NCBI GenBank assembly: GCA_040954595.2
Contig: CM082597.2
Coordinates: 7,093,849 to 7,157,848 of the forward strand
Reading direction: 5' to 3'
DNA length: 64,000 nt
From: Balanoglossus misakiensis
Lineage: Eukaryota > Animalia > Hemichordata
The notes below the pieces were generated by a model. The model was given only the letters and a program-made list of their open reading frames with translations, ran no database searches and was not told where the DNA came from. Both the position numbers and the translations under genes were made by a program. Below, piece by piece: positions 13,609-27,087 of this stretch (position 1 is the first letter of the stretch; every line of letters begins with the position of its first letter).

Positions 13609-15079
13609 TAAAGTTAATTTGTGATCAGGCTTTGAGATTTTGCTGACAAATTTTTTGGTATCTGGTTGCAGGTACAGTAAACAAAGCGTTCAACTTCAAT
13701 TCTCAACAGGAATTGGGCAACGTATGCTGATACCGCAATGTAAGACTGAAATTGTTATTGCTGAACACACTCCAGTCCTGGGACCATGGTTAATACAAGT
13801 CTTGGCTCATTGATGGTTGAATAGAGTAACATTTGACAACGGCTTTATAGACCCAGTAACCATGGTAAGTGTATGTATTAGATAAAGCCACTTCTATAGG
13901 GACAACGTCTCAGTTTGGTGGTGCTTTTTTTTCCATGGCCAACCCCTGAAAATCTGTGATTGGCCGGATCTCGGAATTCCATGTTAAGAGATAGTGGTTA
14001 ACTTAAATTTGCATTGTATGACCGTCTACCTTTAAGTTGTTTTTCATCTAGTGATCATGCGCAGGATTTTTTCAAACACACATGCAATTTTACGTCAGAA
14101 ACAACAGAAACAACAGCCTGGCTTGTCCTGCATAGTCACGGTCAACTGTAGCCATGTCGCGGTTCTGATTTTCAATCACCTAGGACAAACTTGCAGCATT
14201 CATCGCGGATGTGACTTTTGTGTCAGGCAGTAATAGATATGAAAGAATATCACTAGACGGCTTGAATTCTAAAAATAAATTGTATCAATATCAAACACCT
14301 ATTCATCACAGATCGCTATCAAACCAACAACATACATCTCACAGATTGGTAAATAATGCTTGTTTTATTAATAACACGCCTGTGTCCAAAAAAAGCTCAG
14401 CATCACAAAGGTCAGACAAATAATCACACACTGTCTAGATGTCAAAGATACTGAGTATGGGGTGAGATCCCCGCCTGAAAGATGGCGACCAAGATAGAGC
14501 ATGTAGATCGAAGGTGTTCATCGAGAGCCAAGGTTTCTCAGTGACGGTGATCACCTGACTTGTCTAGATCACGGCGTACAGCAACCACAGCGACACGCAC
14601 CCCCAAAAGACATACATGTACTAGTATACTGTTGGACAGTAACATGTAAACAACGCCGTTGAAATATGATGCGGACGCCCGGGGAAGTATACAGGCACTT
14701 GAAATGGATGCGGACCGCCCATGTCCTCGCCCCTCGCTATGCTATCCTAGCAGGCGAAATCCTCAAAAATAGCATAGACGCCAAAATCAAAATTAAATAT
14801 TTCACAAAAGCACTGGTGAAAAATTTTCTTGTTGACCCGGTAGCAAGTTTGACTCGTACTTTCTTGTTTTCAATTGACGGGATATCCCCAAACAGCGTAT
14901 TTGACCCCAAAAATTGAAAAGAAAAGGTCGTTCATTTTCTTAACAAAAGGCAGGGAAAAGGTGAGTGGCGCGGCTTTCCGGGCGCGTCACTGGTCAGATC
15001 GCGTTCTACATATTAGTGATATGTTAATTTTTATGTTAATAAGCAACTCCTAATATAGGTCATCGATGCGACTGAATAA

Positions 15080-15510
15080 TTTAGCAACTAATCATAAAGC
15101 TGCTAATAATTCAGCACCAAATTTTTCACCTACTAATAATGCGGCACCTAATCATAACGCTGCTAATAATTTAGCACCAAATTTTTCACCTACTAATAAT
15201 TCGGCACCTAATCATAACGCTGCTAATAATTCAGCACCAAATTTTTCACCAAATTTTTCACCTACTAATAATTCGGCACCTAATCATAACGCTGCTAATA
15301 ATTCAGCATCAAATATTTTACCTACTAATAATTCGGCATCAAATATTTTACCTACTTATAATGCGGCACCTAATTATAAAGCTACTAATAATTCAGCATC
15401 AAATATTTTACCTACTAATAATTCGTCACCTAATTATAAAGCTTTGAAAAATTCAGCGCTAAATCGTTTACCAGCATATAATTGAGCACATAATTGCTAA
15501 TAATCAGCAC
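15080..15510. repeat. AT-rich minisatellite, expanded copy
   Basis: Same unit, ~220 bp longer than in unit 1. Confidence 0.85.
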
Positions 15511-16604
15511 ATATCTATGTAAATATAAAATGTTTAGCAAATAATGATATAAATGGTCAATAATACTAAATAGCAAAAAGCATTAATCGAATTATTTAGT
15601 TTTGGCGGGGATCTCACCCCATAACTGAGAAGCTAAGAATGGATGGTGGCCATAGAAACTTGCATTGTTGACAGACTGATAAATAAGTATGCGCAAAACA
15701 AAAATATGGTAAACCTGTGTTCAGGTATTTTAAATAAACATATTTACGTCAAATTGGATCATGTAAGCTTTGTCTCCAAATTCAGTCAAACTATTATTAA
15801 ACAATAGTGTATAGAGTTGCATGCAGAGAAATTTATTGGACTATGTACCTGCTTAAACTGTCCAAAGAAGTTGTTTGATAAACAATATTTCCATTATTCC
15901 TGTGAGAATTATGACAGCTGGGGTAAAAAATAAAATACTGAAAATTTCTTCTTTTTTATTAATATTTTATTTACAATTTTCCAAATAACATACAGTGAAA
16001 TCTGACTGTTACATGTAAAATTCAAGCAACAATTGTATTCAAAATTTTGTACATTAAAAGAAAAATTGCATGACAGTGATTTATGAAACATGACAATCTT
16101 TTTACAACATGCATACAAATTTACAGATTTAGAAATTAGTTTCAGGAAACAATCTTACATTGACAAAAATAATAAACATACATTATAGAAAATACAAGTA
16201 ATTGTGAAATACTAGTATGGCAATGATTTGAATACTTGTGCTGAAATCCTTGAAATATTACAATAATTGCTTGTTCATTATGAAATGTCAAATATCATTG
16301 ATAACAACCTGAGTGATCCCGGGCATGGCAGTTTACATGTAAAAGAATAAAAAAACATTGTTCAACGGTAGATATATACTTGTACCTACTTGTGGTAAAA
16401 ATGTGACTAAAGTTATACAATATACCAGGGTATACAGGAATGGTTAGATTTCTAACACGAAACTTGGACACTGTCTCTCTATGGCTGTATGTGAGCCAAC
16501 ATGAACTTTTACCAATGTAGAAAAAGTCAAACTACTTTCTCAAACTCTCTTACACATTCTCACTATATACCCATTCATGCACACAAGTGTGTGCACCCAT
16601 ACAC

Positions 16605-16674
<70 letters not shown>

Positions 16675-16946
16675 ACACACACACACACACACAAAACATA
16701 CATATATGAATTCTTATGTACACATTCTTTATATACATGTAATACAAAAAATATAGTATACTGTCTGAATTAGAAATTTATACACATGAAGGTTTTTGGC
16801 AACTTTTGCTCCACCTCCTAACATAAATGAAAATACAAATTGAATGGTTTTGATAATGAAGACTTATTCATTATCTGAAACCAGTAGTTTTGCGAAAAGG
16901 ATGTTTCTTTTCTGTTTGGTCATTATTTGATATTTCAGGTCATAGT

Positions 16947-19900
16947 TCAGGTTGCGGTCAGGACTTTCTGGCCACAAGAGGTCACAGTAACTTTGATATG
17001 GTCACCTTTCAAACACAGACTATGTTCATCATCTGAGGATGAGCAACTATCATCCACAACAAAACCACCTTCCATCAATGCATCTTTCAAGATGTCTACA
17101 TTCCCTGGTTGCAATGCATCACATAGTTTAATCTGAAGTTGACTTTGTCGACATTTATCAGATTCTGGGATGCTGTCAATCAAAGCCTGAGTACTGCCAT
17201 TCAAATCACAACCTTTGAACTCTACGTCTTCCAATGACTCTTTGCTGATCAACTCTTTCCACTTATCTATGCAAGTGTCATGTGATGGTGTTTTCCCATC
17301 AATGATGCTGACTTTGGACAGACATGGCAGAGCTCGAACACATCTACACACATTCTCTATTGAGAAAACTCTTGAATAGGATTGTGTTTCAGACAATAGA
17401 TAACCTGGGTGTTGAATTGTCAGTGACTTCAGTTCAGATGTGTCTGACAGACCACAACATAATCGGCTCTGCAATTCAGTCAAACCCTTGTTCTCTTCTA
17501 GCAAGATAGATTCCACCTCAGTGACATCACACGTCTGTTCAATATAACGGTACAGTTTAGTGTCTGTTTTGACATTGACAAACTTTAATTTACATTCACT
17601 CTTAGTTTTGGTGTTGTCGTTGGCAGTCATGAAAGGGAAAAATGTAGTCTTTAAATTGTCAGGATAGGATAAATCTAAATCATATTCCAATGCAAATAGA
17701 AGTTTGATGATTTTGGATGAGTTGCTGCATCTTCCATATGCAGTTAAGTGATCACCTACAAACTCCAATTGATGAATAACCATGCCAGCAACCACAAATC
17801 TATTAATTGCTGCTGATATTCTATGAGCACCAGATGTCATACGATATGGCAGGACAAATGTTTCAACATGTCGATAGTCTTGAACAATATTGCAAAAAAC
17901 CTTTGCAAAGCCATAATTGTCAATGAACTTGAATGAAACATAGGTAAAAGTCTGGGCATTCACTGGAGCCAAACTATGTAATATTTGTTGACTGCGAGGC
18001 CAGGACAATTCCTGCCCATTATCACAAAATCTGACATTGTTGAACCTATATAAATCTGAACAAGCCAATATGAATTGTGTCACAACACCAAAGTTCTCCC
18101 GGCAGAATTTGCAGGAACAATGAGATATCTTTGCATCTATGGAAATGCTCTCCTCGTCTGTCGACAGACAATCTGAAAGTACTTGATGAAGTCCGACAGG
18201 GTAACAACATAATTTACATGTACAAATATCAATTACAATTTCACGATTTTCAATCTTGGTAATAATCTGGCAGTTAGGTTGTGAGTGGATCGGTCTACAG
18301 CACCCACGGCAACTAGATTTAAAGTGCACATGTTTTGGTGTACTGGGTTGATATTTCTTCATCAAACCATGTATAGTTTTGATGAAATCTAACTTGACAT
18401 ATCGTACTACCAAACTATATTCTTTGGCTCTAAATTTGAGCAAGTCTGAGATTATGCCAGTGATACGACAATCATTTTTATGAATGAAACCGGTGTGACC
18501 ATATGAAAATGGCAACGACAGCTTATTAAATTTGACTGATATTGCATCTTTCACCATTGCTTTTACATCAGACTCAAGGTTCTCATCATCTAAATCACAT
18601 GTGATATCCATGTCCACTGTAACTCTGTCACTATCAATAGACGCATTCTGTGAAAACAACTGAAACTGATTAAGGAAATCTGCATTCTGTTTATACATCT
18701 TGTAACACAAGCTAGAAAACTTTTCAAGTTGAAACCTGGCAATGAGCTCTTGTTTACCAGCAAAGCTACTATTCTTACCAACTTCCAAAGAAAACGAACC
18801 GATTGATTTACTCTCACAAAGTGCTGTATGTAATGTGTTCAAGAATGCTGCCGGTACATTGCAGTAAGGTAATTTAATGTCAAGTTGTTTGGCTGTAATC
18901 TGTGATATGCATTGGACTATACCAGTGGTGTACATTATGTCATCCTTATGGCGGAGCTCTGAATGCACATCAGAGAAGTCCATTGACAACTTACAAAACT
19001 TTACCAGGGCCACTCTTCTGTGCATGTCCTGTATGTTACAAATGTTCATGTCTTCCAAACTACCAGAATATGTGATGTTCATGTCTAGAGTAACTTCATC
19101 ATTATTTATAGATGCATACTCTGAAAGTGCTTGATGAACACTCACAAAATCAAAACTCTTGCCATCTTGAAAGAAATGGATTTTAAACTTTCCAAACTTG
19201 GCAGTGACAGTATCATCAATCTTTACATCTTTTTCTCTCTTGGTACCATCACAGCTGAATCCTACATCAACTGACCTTATTGACCTACACTCACACAACA
19301 CTGCATATGTAGTTTTCATGAATTCTATACTGTCTATTGGTAATCTTTCAATGACCAGATTGTTGGCAGTAGTCTGTGACAGACATTGGACTATACCTGC
19401 AAGACCCTTGATACTAGCAGAATCAGAACCTAATTGTCTTTCGGAGGTAGCAAAAATGCCAGTGAGATCAAATAAGTTCAGTGACAAAGTGTTAAACTTA
19501 AAACCAACTAAATTCACTCTTCCAAGCATAGCCTGTACATCACCTGCAGACTTGTCCCTGAAATCACACTTAATTTCCATGTCTAGTTCAAGTTTATCAT
19601 TACTCACATATGCATACACTAAAAGACAGTAATATAGTCTCACAATATTAAACTTCATGTTATGTGTCTTGTAACTGAAATTAAAATGTGCAAACCTTGC
19701 CTTAATACAAAGTTCCTGGTTAAGAAAATTTAGCCCCATTGCATGATGATATAGGATTTCATGCAACATGGGACCCCTGTTCCATTTCATACCTGCATCA
19801 TCATAAAATTCAACATCAACTGACCCAAGAGACTTATTCTTACATAACTGAGTATGTACATCTTTTATAAATTCCATGTCGCACAAATACACCGGCGGTC

Positions 19901-22900
19901 CTCCAATTACAACTTTAAGCTCGTTGGCAGTAATCTGTGATAGACACTGGATTATGGAATCAAGAAAATAAAATGTTACGGTCTCCAAAACATTGAATGT
20001 CAATGACAGATATTCAAAATCAAAAAAAGAAACTTCTGCCAGCAAAGACTGTATATCAGACTTAATGTTCTTATTATTGAAATTATAACTGACTTTAATT
20101 TCCCGCCTAACTCTGTTAATCTTACTATATTGAGAAAGAAACTTGCACAGATCTGAAAAATCAAAATCCCTGGTATCCACAGTGTATTTACCATTAAAGC
20201 AACCATGCTTCCCCTCAACATCAAATGTACTTCTGTCAAAGGATCTGAAACTAGTTTGCCTTGACTGCTGGAAAGATTTGACTTCAATGGCAACTGATCC
20301 TAGAGACCGATTTCTACACAATGATTCATGTACAGCTTTTATAAATTCCATATCTCCGAAAGGTAACCCATTAATCACAAGATTGTTGGCAGTAATTTGT
20401 GACAGACATTGGACTACACCTCTAAGACCATGATGACTGAGCTCTTCATCAGTATAATTCTTGAATTCCAATGCTAAATTATCAAATTCAACTGATGTCA
20501 CTCCTCTCAACAAAGTCTCCATGTCAGTATCATTATTTTCATCTTTTAAATCACATTTGATACCCACATCTAGAATAAGATTCTCATTATGAACAGATGC
20601 GTACTGTGAAAACATCTTACACAAACAGGATAAATCAAAATTTAAGGAACATATGAGGTAAAAGCTTTGAAAATGTCCAAATTTAGCTTTGATGTTTAGT
20701 TTACTCTGCGATTCCAAACCAGCATTCACATCAACTGACCCAAGAGACTTATTCCCACATAATGATGCATGTACATTTTTTATGAACTCAATATCACCTG
20801 CAGGTAACCCTTCAATGACAAGCTTGTTGGCAGTAATCTGCGACAGACATTGGACCATACTTGTCAAAGAGTTGATGTCTGTAGTTTCAGAATCAGAAGA
20901 TTTCAAAAACAGATTATAACAATTATAATCAGCCATGATATCAATTTGTGTTTTCCTGTGTTGTGGGGAATAAAAACTGACTAACACACTATTTGTCAGG
21001 TTACTGCCTTCGTTAATGTTTACAAGTTTTAAAACCTCAGAATGCTCAACAGGTAACCTATAAATGTGAAATCGTTCAGTGATCTTTGACAAACCTTCGA
21101 CTAGACACTTGACATTATGCAAATGAAAGCTTTTCATGTTTGAATTATCATAATTCAAAACCTCCACTTTAATCTCCACATGTTTTGGATATTTCAACTC
21201 TTCATCTCTAGCAGTAGTGGCATTTGTTTCAGAACATATTTCATTTATAAAATCAAAATTGGACACATTCTTCAAAGTGACATCGGATTGACTTATATCA
21301 TATTTCAAATTTATAGTCCATCTCCGGCGTATATCCCCTCTGTGTTCAGTTTTGAATGAGTCAACAATATTTCTGAATGTATCTGCTGTCAAAGAATTGG
21401 ATGCAGACATCTCCAATGTGATGATTTCAAACTGATATTTGGGCATTTCAAAAGCACTGTGTTGACATGTAGCATGTATTTGTCAGAATGGTCATCCATG
21501 ATGTCATTAAGGTCTATTGTCAGATATTTGGGTAAAAACTTAGAACAGTAAAATATTGTTTCCTCAGATTCACAACCACTTTCATACAACATTGGCCTTG
21601 CATCAAAGGATTCATCTGAAAAAGACTTTCTCTCCCAAACCTTGAATACTTCACCAACATTGTCTCGCAAGTGACCACCAAGAAACTTCAACATTGCATC
21701 ATTCCTAAGTAAATAATCTCCAATAACTGAAAATGCAACAGAATCTTCAAATTCTTTATGGTTACTAGTGCATAGATTGGAAATGTACAATGAAGCAAAA
21801 TATTCCTGAAATGTGAAATGATAAAAGTTATAGCTTGGAGGGCGAGAGGTTTTTGTTAGAAGTCCCAACTTCTGTAAGTGTGGATGATCTGAAATTTCTT
21901 TTTCACTGAAAGAATATTTACCAGACTTCAAAGCAGTATATGAGAGTTTACTTAAGTAGAGAATTTCATCTCTGATTTCATCACCCTTTGGATCAATAAT
22001 GTTATCTTGTTTTTCACAGTATCGGTTTACAACATGATCAATTAACTTTTCATAAAGTCCTGTGATTGTGTGTGGTAGTTTCTTTGTTTTCATCCAAATA
22101 TCACATAACATTAAAGTATTCAAAGGACTCTGCAAAAATCCATACAAAATGCTGTCGTGGATGGATGTCTTCAATTCATTGATAAAACTCTCAACTGTTT
22201 CTGGTGTTACAGTTTTATCCTTTGAAGACATTGCATTTATATGCCTTTTAATAAAAGCTTCTGCATTCTCTGTATCAAAACCCTTAATCAACAATTGTCT
22301 CTCATACATCTGTTTGGAGTTCTTGTCCCTGATTTTCCGAGATGTTACAATTACTGGGCAGTCAGGCAGCAGTTGTCGTTTTTCTCGGATCATTTCCTTA
22401 AAGTACACTGGGAGATCATCAATACTGACTTCATCAAGTCCATCAAAGACAAAACACACTTGTGATTGATTGCTTTCAACAAAACTCCATATCTCATCTG
22501 CTCCTTCAACATTTTGTAACAAGCAATCTAAAACTGCATCTTTAAGACCTTTTTTCTGATTATTTTCTGAATGGTATTCATGTAGATCTTTCAATTCAAA
22601 ATGAAAAAGAAGTTTGAAACAATTGAGAAAGTTTACATTACCTTTTGCCCAATCATATGCCAACTTTTTACAAAGAGTTGACTTACCATACCCTGGATCA
22701 CCTTCTATTAAAATTCGTCTTGGATTTTCACATTCATTACATGGTGAGAATAATTCTTTGATTGCAAAATCTCTCAAATGTCCATCTTTGGTTTGTAATT
22801 CTAATTCAATGTAGATATCTTCAAGTTTCAATCTCTCTGTTCCATCCCACCATGGTAAGGGGAGAATGTTGGACTGTCTCTTGTAGTATTCTTGCAACTT

Positions 22901-24631
22901 TTGTTGGCACTTGATGACAACATCTGAAATTATTATCATTGAATATTTCTGTATTACTGATCACATTAACCAAAGTATAATGGAGCAACAGCCAACAATT
23001 CATCACATGTGATTTTTGAGCGTTTTATTTGGATGAAATGGCCCCTCAACATCTTTGAACATCATTAAAGTGATTCCTGATAAACATTTTCAAGCACTGA
23101 TAACAAAATGATGGATGGGCTCAAATGACTTTTTGTGATTGAGACCAGAAAATCTAATTCTCTCACCCACTTCATTTTATGAAGGACCAATTCACCATGG
23201 AAAACAATAGTTTCGGATCAAACCATAGTGGTGAAAAGGTTCAACCAATTCATGGTGAGAAACGTACCTGGTGTAGTTTTCATGATTGGCATATCCACGG
23301 TTGGCATATTTATGGTTGGTGTATAATCAGAAGTGCTTGGTTGGTCATCCTGTTGAGAATCTATCAAAATAAAAAAAATAATGTATAATAACAAATCTTT
23401 AATAATCATTTTTCCCCTTCTTTGACGCAAATTAATATAATCATTGCAGGTGTTGTAAAGTAAAAAGTATTGATATATTTATAAGAAGAGGTTACAAGTA
23501 TATTTGTAAGCACTATAAAACCAAATGTATAATTTATTTTCAAACATTGCAATCTGTATTCAAATCGAAGTAGAATATTACTGGTACAAATACACAAGTA
23601 CTCTAAGTGTTCAACTGCTCAAAATGCTTAACCACCATTTCCTTTTCAAAATTAAATTTTCATTTTACTGCCATACATTTGGCTCATTAGCTCACAAAGG
23701 CGAGCATTCAAACCATTATGTAGGAATTGGTCTGTGGTTGGTGACGACAACATCAAACCATGACCATTTGAACTGCACAGATGACTTTATAATGCCATTT
23801 GTTTCTATCACTTTGACCAGCTGAAGATAGACTATTTTTTTTCATCATTTCATCTCTTTCAAAATCACAATTTTGGGTGAACATGGTATTTGCATAATAC
23901 AAATGCATACTTGTATTGTAAAATTCTGCAAGTCCTTACCATAAGATTCTGTGGTGGATACTGGAATCTTGGACTCTGCTTCTATTGTCACTTCATCATA
24001 TGGATAGTCTTCGTCGAATCCTTTCTCATATCGAACTTCTACATGCTTCGCTAACAGGTAAAGTCTGGCAATTTCCAACAGATGAATAAGTGTCAAAGGT
24101 TTGTCCCTTGATAAATGTCCAAATTTTAACAACTTGTCAAATAAAACGTATGCCCGTTTCTCTGTCCGAATTTCTTCCCTTACAACTGTAGGTATTGAAG
24201 GTTTCTTTAAGGCACCCAGCCCATCTACCAATTTAATCAGGTCATCTTTAATGGAAAAAAAAGATAAAGTTATAGTACTCTACACATCTTTCTGGAAATA
24301 AATCCCTTGAGAAAAATTTTAAAAGTACAGAAGATCACTGTCTTAAGTTTCAAATTGAAAATGGGATAATCATGTATTGTCTTTGTGCCAAGTTTTTAAT
24401 AAAATCAGCCCTGTTGTATGTGAGATGACTGTGGATGCAACAACTGCATCATTAATATAGACGTTCCCTGAACAACCAGGACATGCACACTGATGGGTAG
24501 ACATCCAGGAGTGTCCCAGAGCATCACTCTCTCAGGGATAAAAACATTCAAATATTAAATGTACACTCACCTTTTCCAATATCATCTGCCAGCCTTATAA
24601 GATACACCGTGAACGGATCAAAATCTGCCAT
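16947..24631 (-). pseudogene. NLR-like copy 2 (DED-NACHT-super-repeat), frameshifted after the NACHT helical region
   Basis: Exons 24571-24631, 23940-24245, 23268-23360 and 16947-22923. Relative to copy 3 (tgatttcaGaacta) one base is missing at ~21429-21430 (tgatttcaaactg), splitting the ORF into 21389-22939 and 16947-21446. The ~216-bp linker exon present in the other copies is absent. Confidence 0.8.
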
Positions 24632-27087
24632 CTTTGGTTATTTTTCCAGCTCACTCTAGTGTATAGAGTTCTTCCAACGATTAACAACAGAACGCAATAC
24701 ATCTAGCTGTCACACCTATCAAAGAACATATTAGTGTCAGTGCCAACAATGTTCTTGTTAGCTTGTAAGCTTGTATTCACCCAGGAATGCCCTGTGACAC
24801 TGTAGTCCTGTCCAATCACAGCCTGTCTACTTTACCAAATGATCGCCGACCAATCAAATGTTTTGTTGCCAGTACCTTTAGGTGGAGTTCACCTATATCT
24901 GCCAACACCAATATATTTGACAAGAAATGACTAGACTTTCAACACAAATATATGAGACTTCCAGATTTCTGAGCGAGGCCTGTATAGTCTGTGAATTTTC
25001 TTTAACAACCATTAATACAAGATTTGATAATGATTTCCCTCTAACAACACACATTTCTTCGTAATTTAGAATTTAGTACAAGGAAATAGAAATTCCATAA
25101 GTAACCTCAGATGACCTCTGCAATACCTCTGTTTACTTTATCACACAGGTGAACAATTACAAAAAAATCATAATTTTGCAGTGATTTTGATTCTATTTTC
25201 AATTATATCCTAACCTCATGCACTTATTTACACTGTCCTTTCTAAAATTTATAGCATTTATACAAAAAATAACATAATAATCGCTTACTTTTAGTGAGTG
25301 ACGACTTGCAACTGCAACACAAACCACCTCCCTAGTATAATGAGTTACTAGTAGTGAATTAATTATTAACATTAATAGTTTAAGATTTGCTATGATGCCC
25401 TCTACAGTTGGCAGTGCACGCTACTTGCTCACCAAAAACTTTGTCAAAGCTCAGCTGTTTCAACAGATCATTAAAAGACAGAAAGAAAGTATTGTTGAAG
25501 TCACAATAGAAAGGAAGAAATTCTGTGGAAAGATATAATGGAAACCAACGATCTTCAGTGAATTCTACAAATCAATATAAACAATCAACTGACTCATTCT
25601 TCATGTAAAACTACAGCATTGACCCACATGTTACTGTCCCTTGACTGGCCACTTATATAATTATATATACAGTCAAACGTGTCTATAGTGGCCAGTAAAG
25701 GGACTTTCCTAAACTGGCCTTTATAGACAGGTTGCCTTTATAGACAGGTCAATTAATGCACTTGTAAATTGCACAGGGACTGCAATAAACTGGCCACTAT
25801 ATAGAGGTGGCCATTAACACAGGTTTGACTGCATACAGGTTTGACTTAAAGTTAATTTGTGATCAGGCTTTGAGATTTCGCTGACAAGTTTTTTGGTATC
25901 TGGTTGCAGCTACAGTAAAAAAGTGTTCAACTTCAATTCTCAACAGGAATTGGGCACCGTATGCTGATACCAAAATGTACATGTAAGACTGAAATTGTTA
26001 TTGCTGAACACACTCCAGTCCTGGGAACATAAATACCAGTCTTGGCTCATTGATGGTTGAATAGAGAAACATTTGACACCGACTTTATTGACCCAGCAAC
26101 CATGGTAAGTGTATGTATTAGATAAAGCCACTTCTATAGGGACAACGTCTCAGTTTGGTGGTGCTCTTTTTTCCATGGCCAACCCCTGAAAATCTGTCAT
26201 TGGCCGGATTTCGGAATTCCATGTTAAGAGATAGTGGTTAACTTAAATTTGCATTGTTGACCGTCTACCTTTAAGTTGTTTTCCATCTAGTGATGGCCGG
26301 ATTTCGGAATTCCATGTTAAGAGATAGTGGTTAACTTAAATTTGCATTGTATGACCGTCTACCTTTAAGTTGTTTTTCATCTAGTGATCATGCGCAGGAT
26401 TTTTTCAAACACACAATCATGCAGTTTTGTGTCAGAAACAACAACCTGACTTGTCCTGCATTATAGTCACGGTCAACTGTAGCCATGTCGCGGTTCTGAT
26501 TTTCAATCACCTAGGACAAACTTGCAGCATTCATCGCGGATGTGACTTATATGTCAGGCAATAATAGATATGAAAGAATATCTCTAGATATTATTCATCA
26601 CAGATCGCTATCAAACCAACAACATACATCACCCAGATTGGTAAATAATGCTTGTTTTATTAATAACACGCCTGTGTCCAAAAAAAGCTCAGCATCACAA
26701 AGGTCAGACAAATAATCACACACTCTCGAGATGTCAAAGATACTGAGTATGGGGTGAGATCCCCGCCTGAAAGAAGGCGACCTAGATAGAGCATGTAGAT
26801 CGAAGGTGTTCATCGAGAGCCAAGGTTTCTCAGTGACGGTGATCACCTGACTTGTCTAGATCACGGCGTACAGCAACCACAGCGACACGCACCGCCAAAA
26901 GACATACATGTACTAGTATACTGTTAGACAGTTACATGTAAACAACGCCGTTGAAATATGATGCGGACGCCCGGGGAAGTATACAGGCACTTGAAATGGA
27001 TGCGGACCGCCCATGTCCTCGCCCCTCGCTATGCTATCCTAGCAGGCGAAATCCTCAAAAATAGCGTAGACGCCAAAATCAAAATTA

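Larger units (their letters stand above)
1..14096. repeat. Tandem segmental duplication unit 1 (starts before the window)
   Basis: Position 114 matches 14211 and ~26541; 12980 matches ~25200 and 42433. Non-coding sequence is near-identical and colinear. Confidence 0.9.
14097..26430. repeat. Tandem segmental duplication unit 2
   Basis: Colinear with unit 1 at an offset of ~14.1 kb; lacks the unit-1 insertions at 10923-11767 and 12224-12815. Confidence 0.9.

Noticed and set aside
15066-15485. Asn/Pro/Ala-rich ORFs (also 1019-1216, 30123-30542, 30157-30504)
   Set aside because: Translations of a minisatellite, open in more than one frame, with no splice or homology support.
15080-15510. Possible CRISPR-like array
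   Set aside because: Degenerate tandem units without unique spacers, no cas genes, eukaryotic context.
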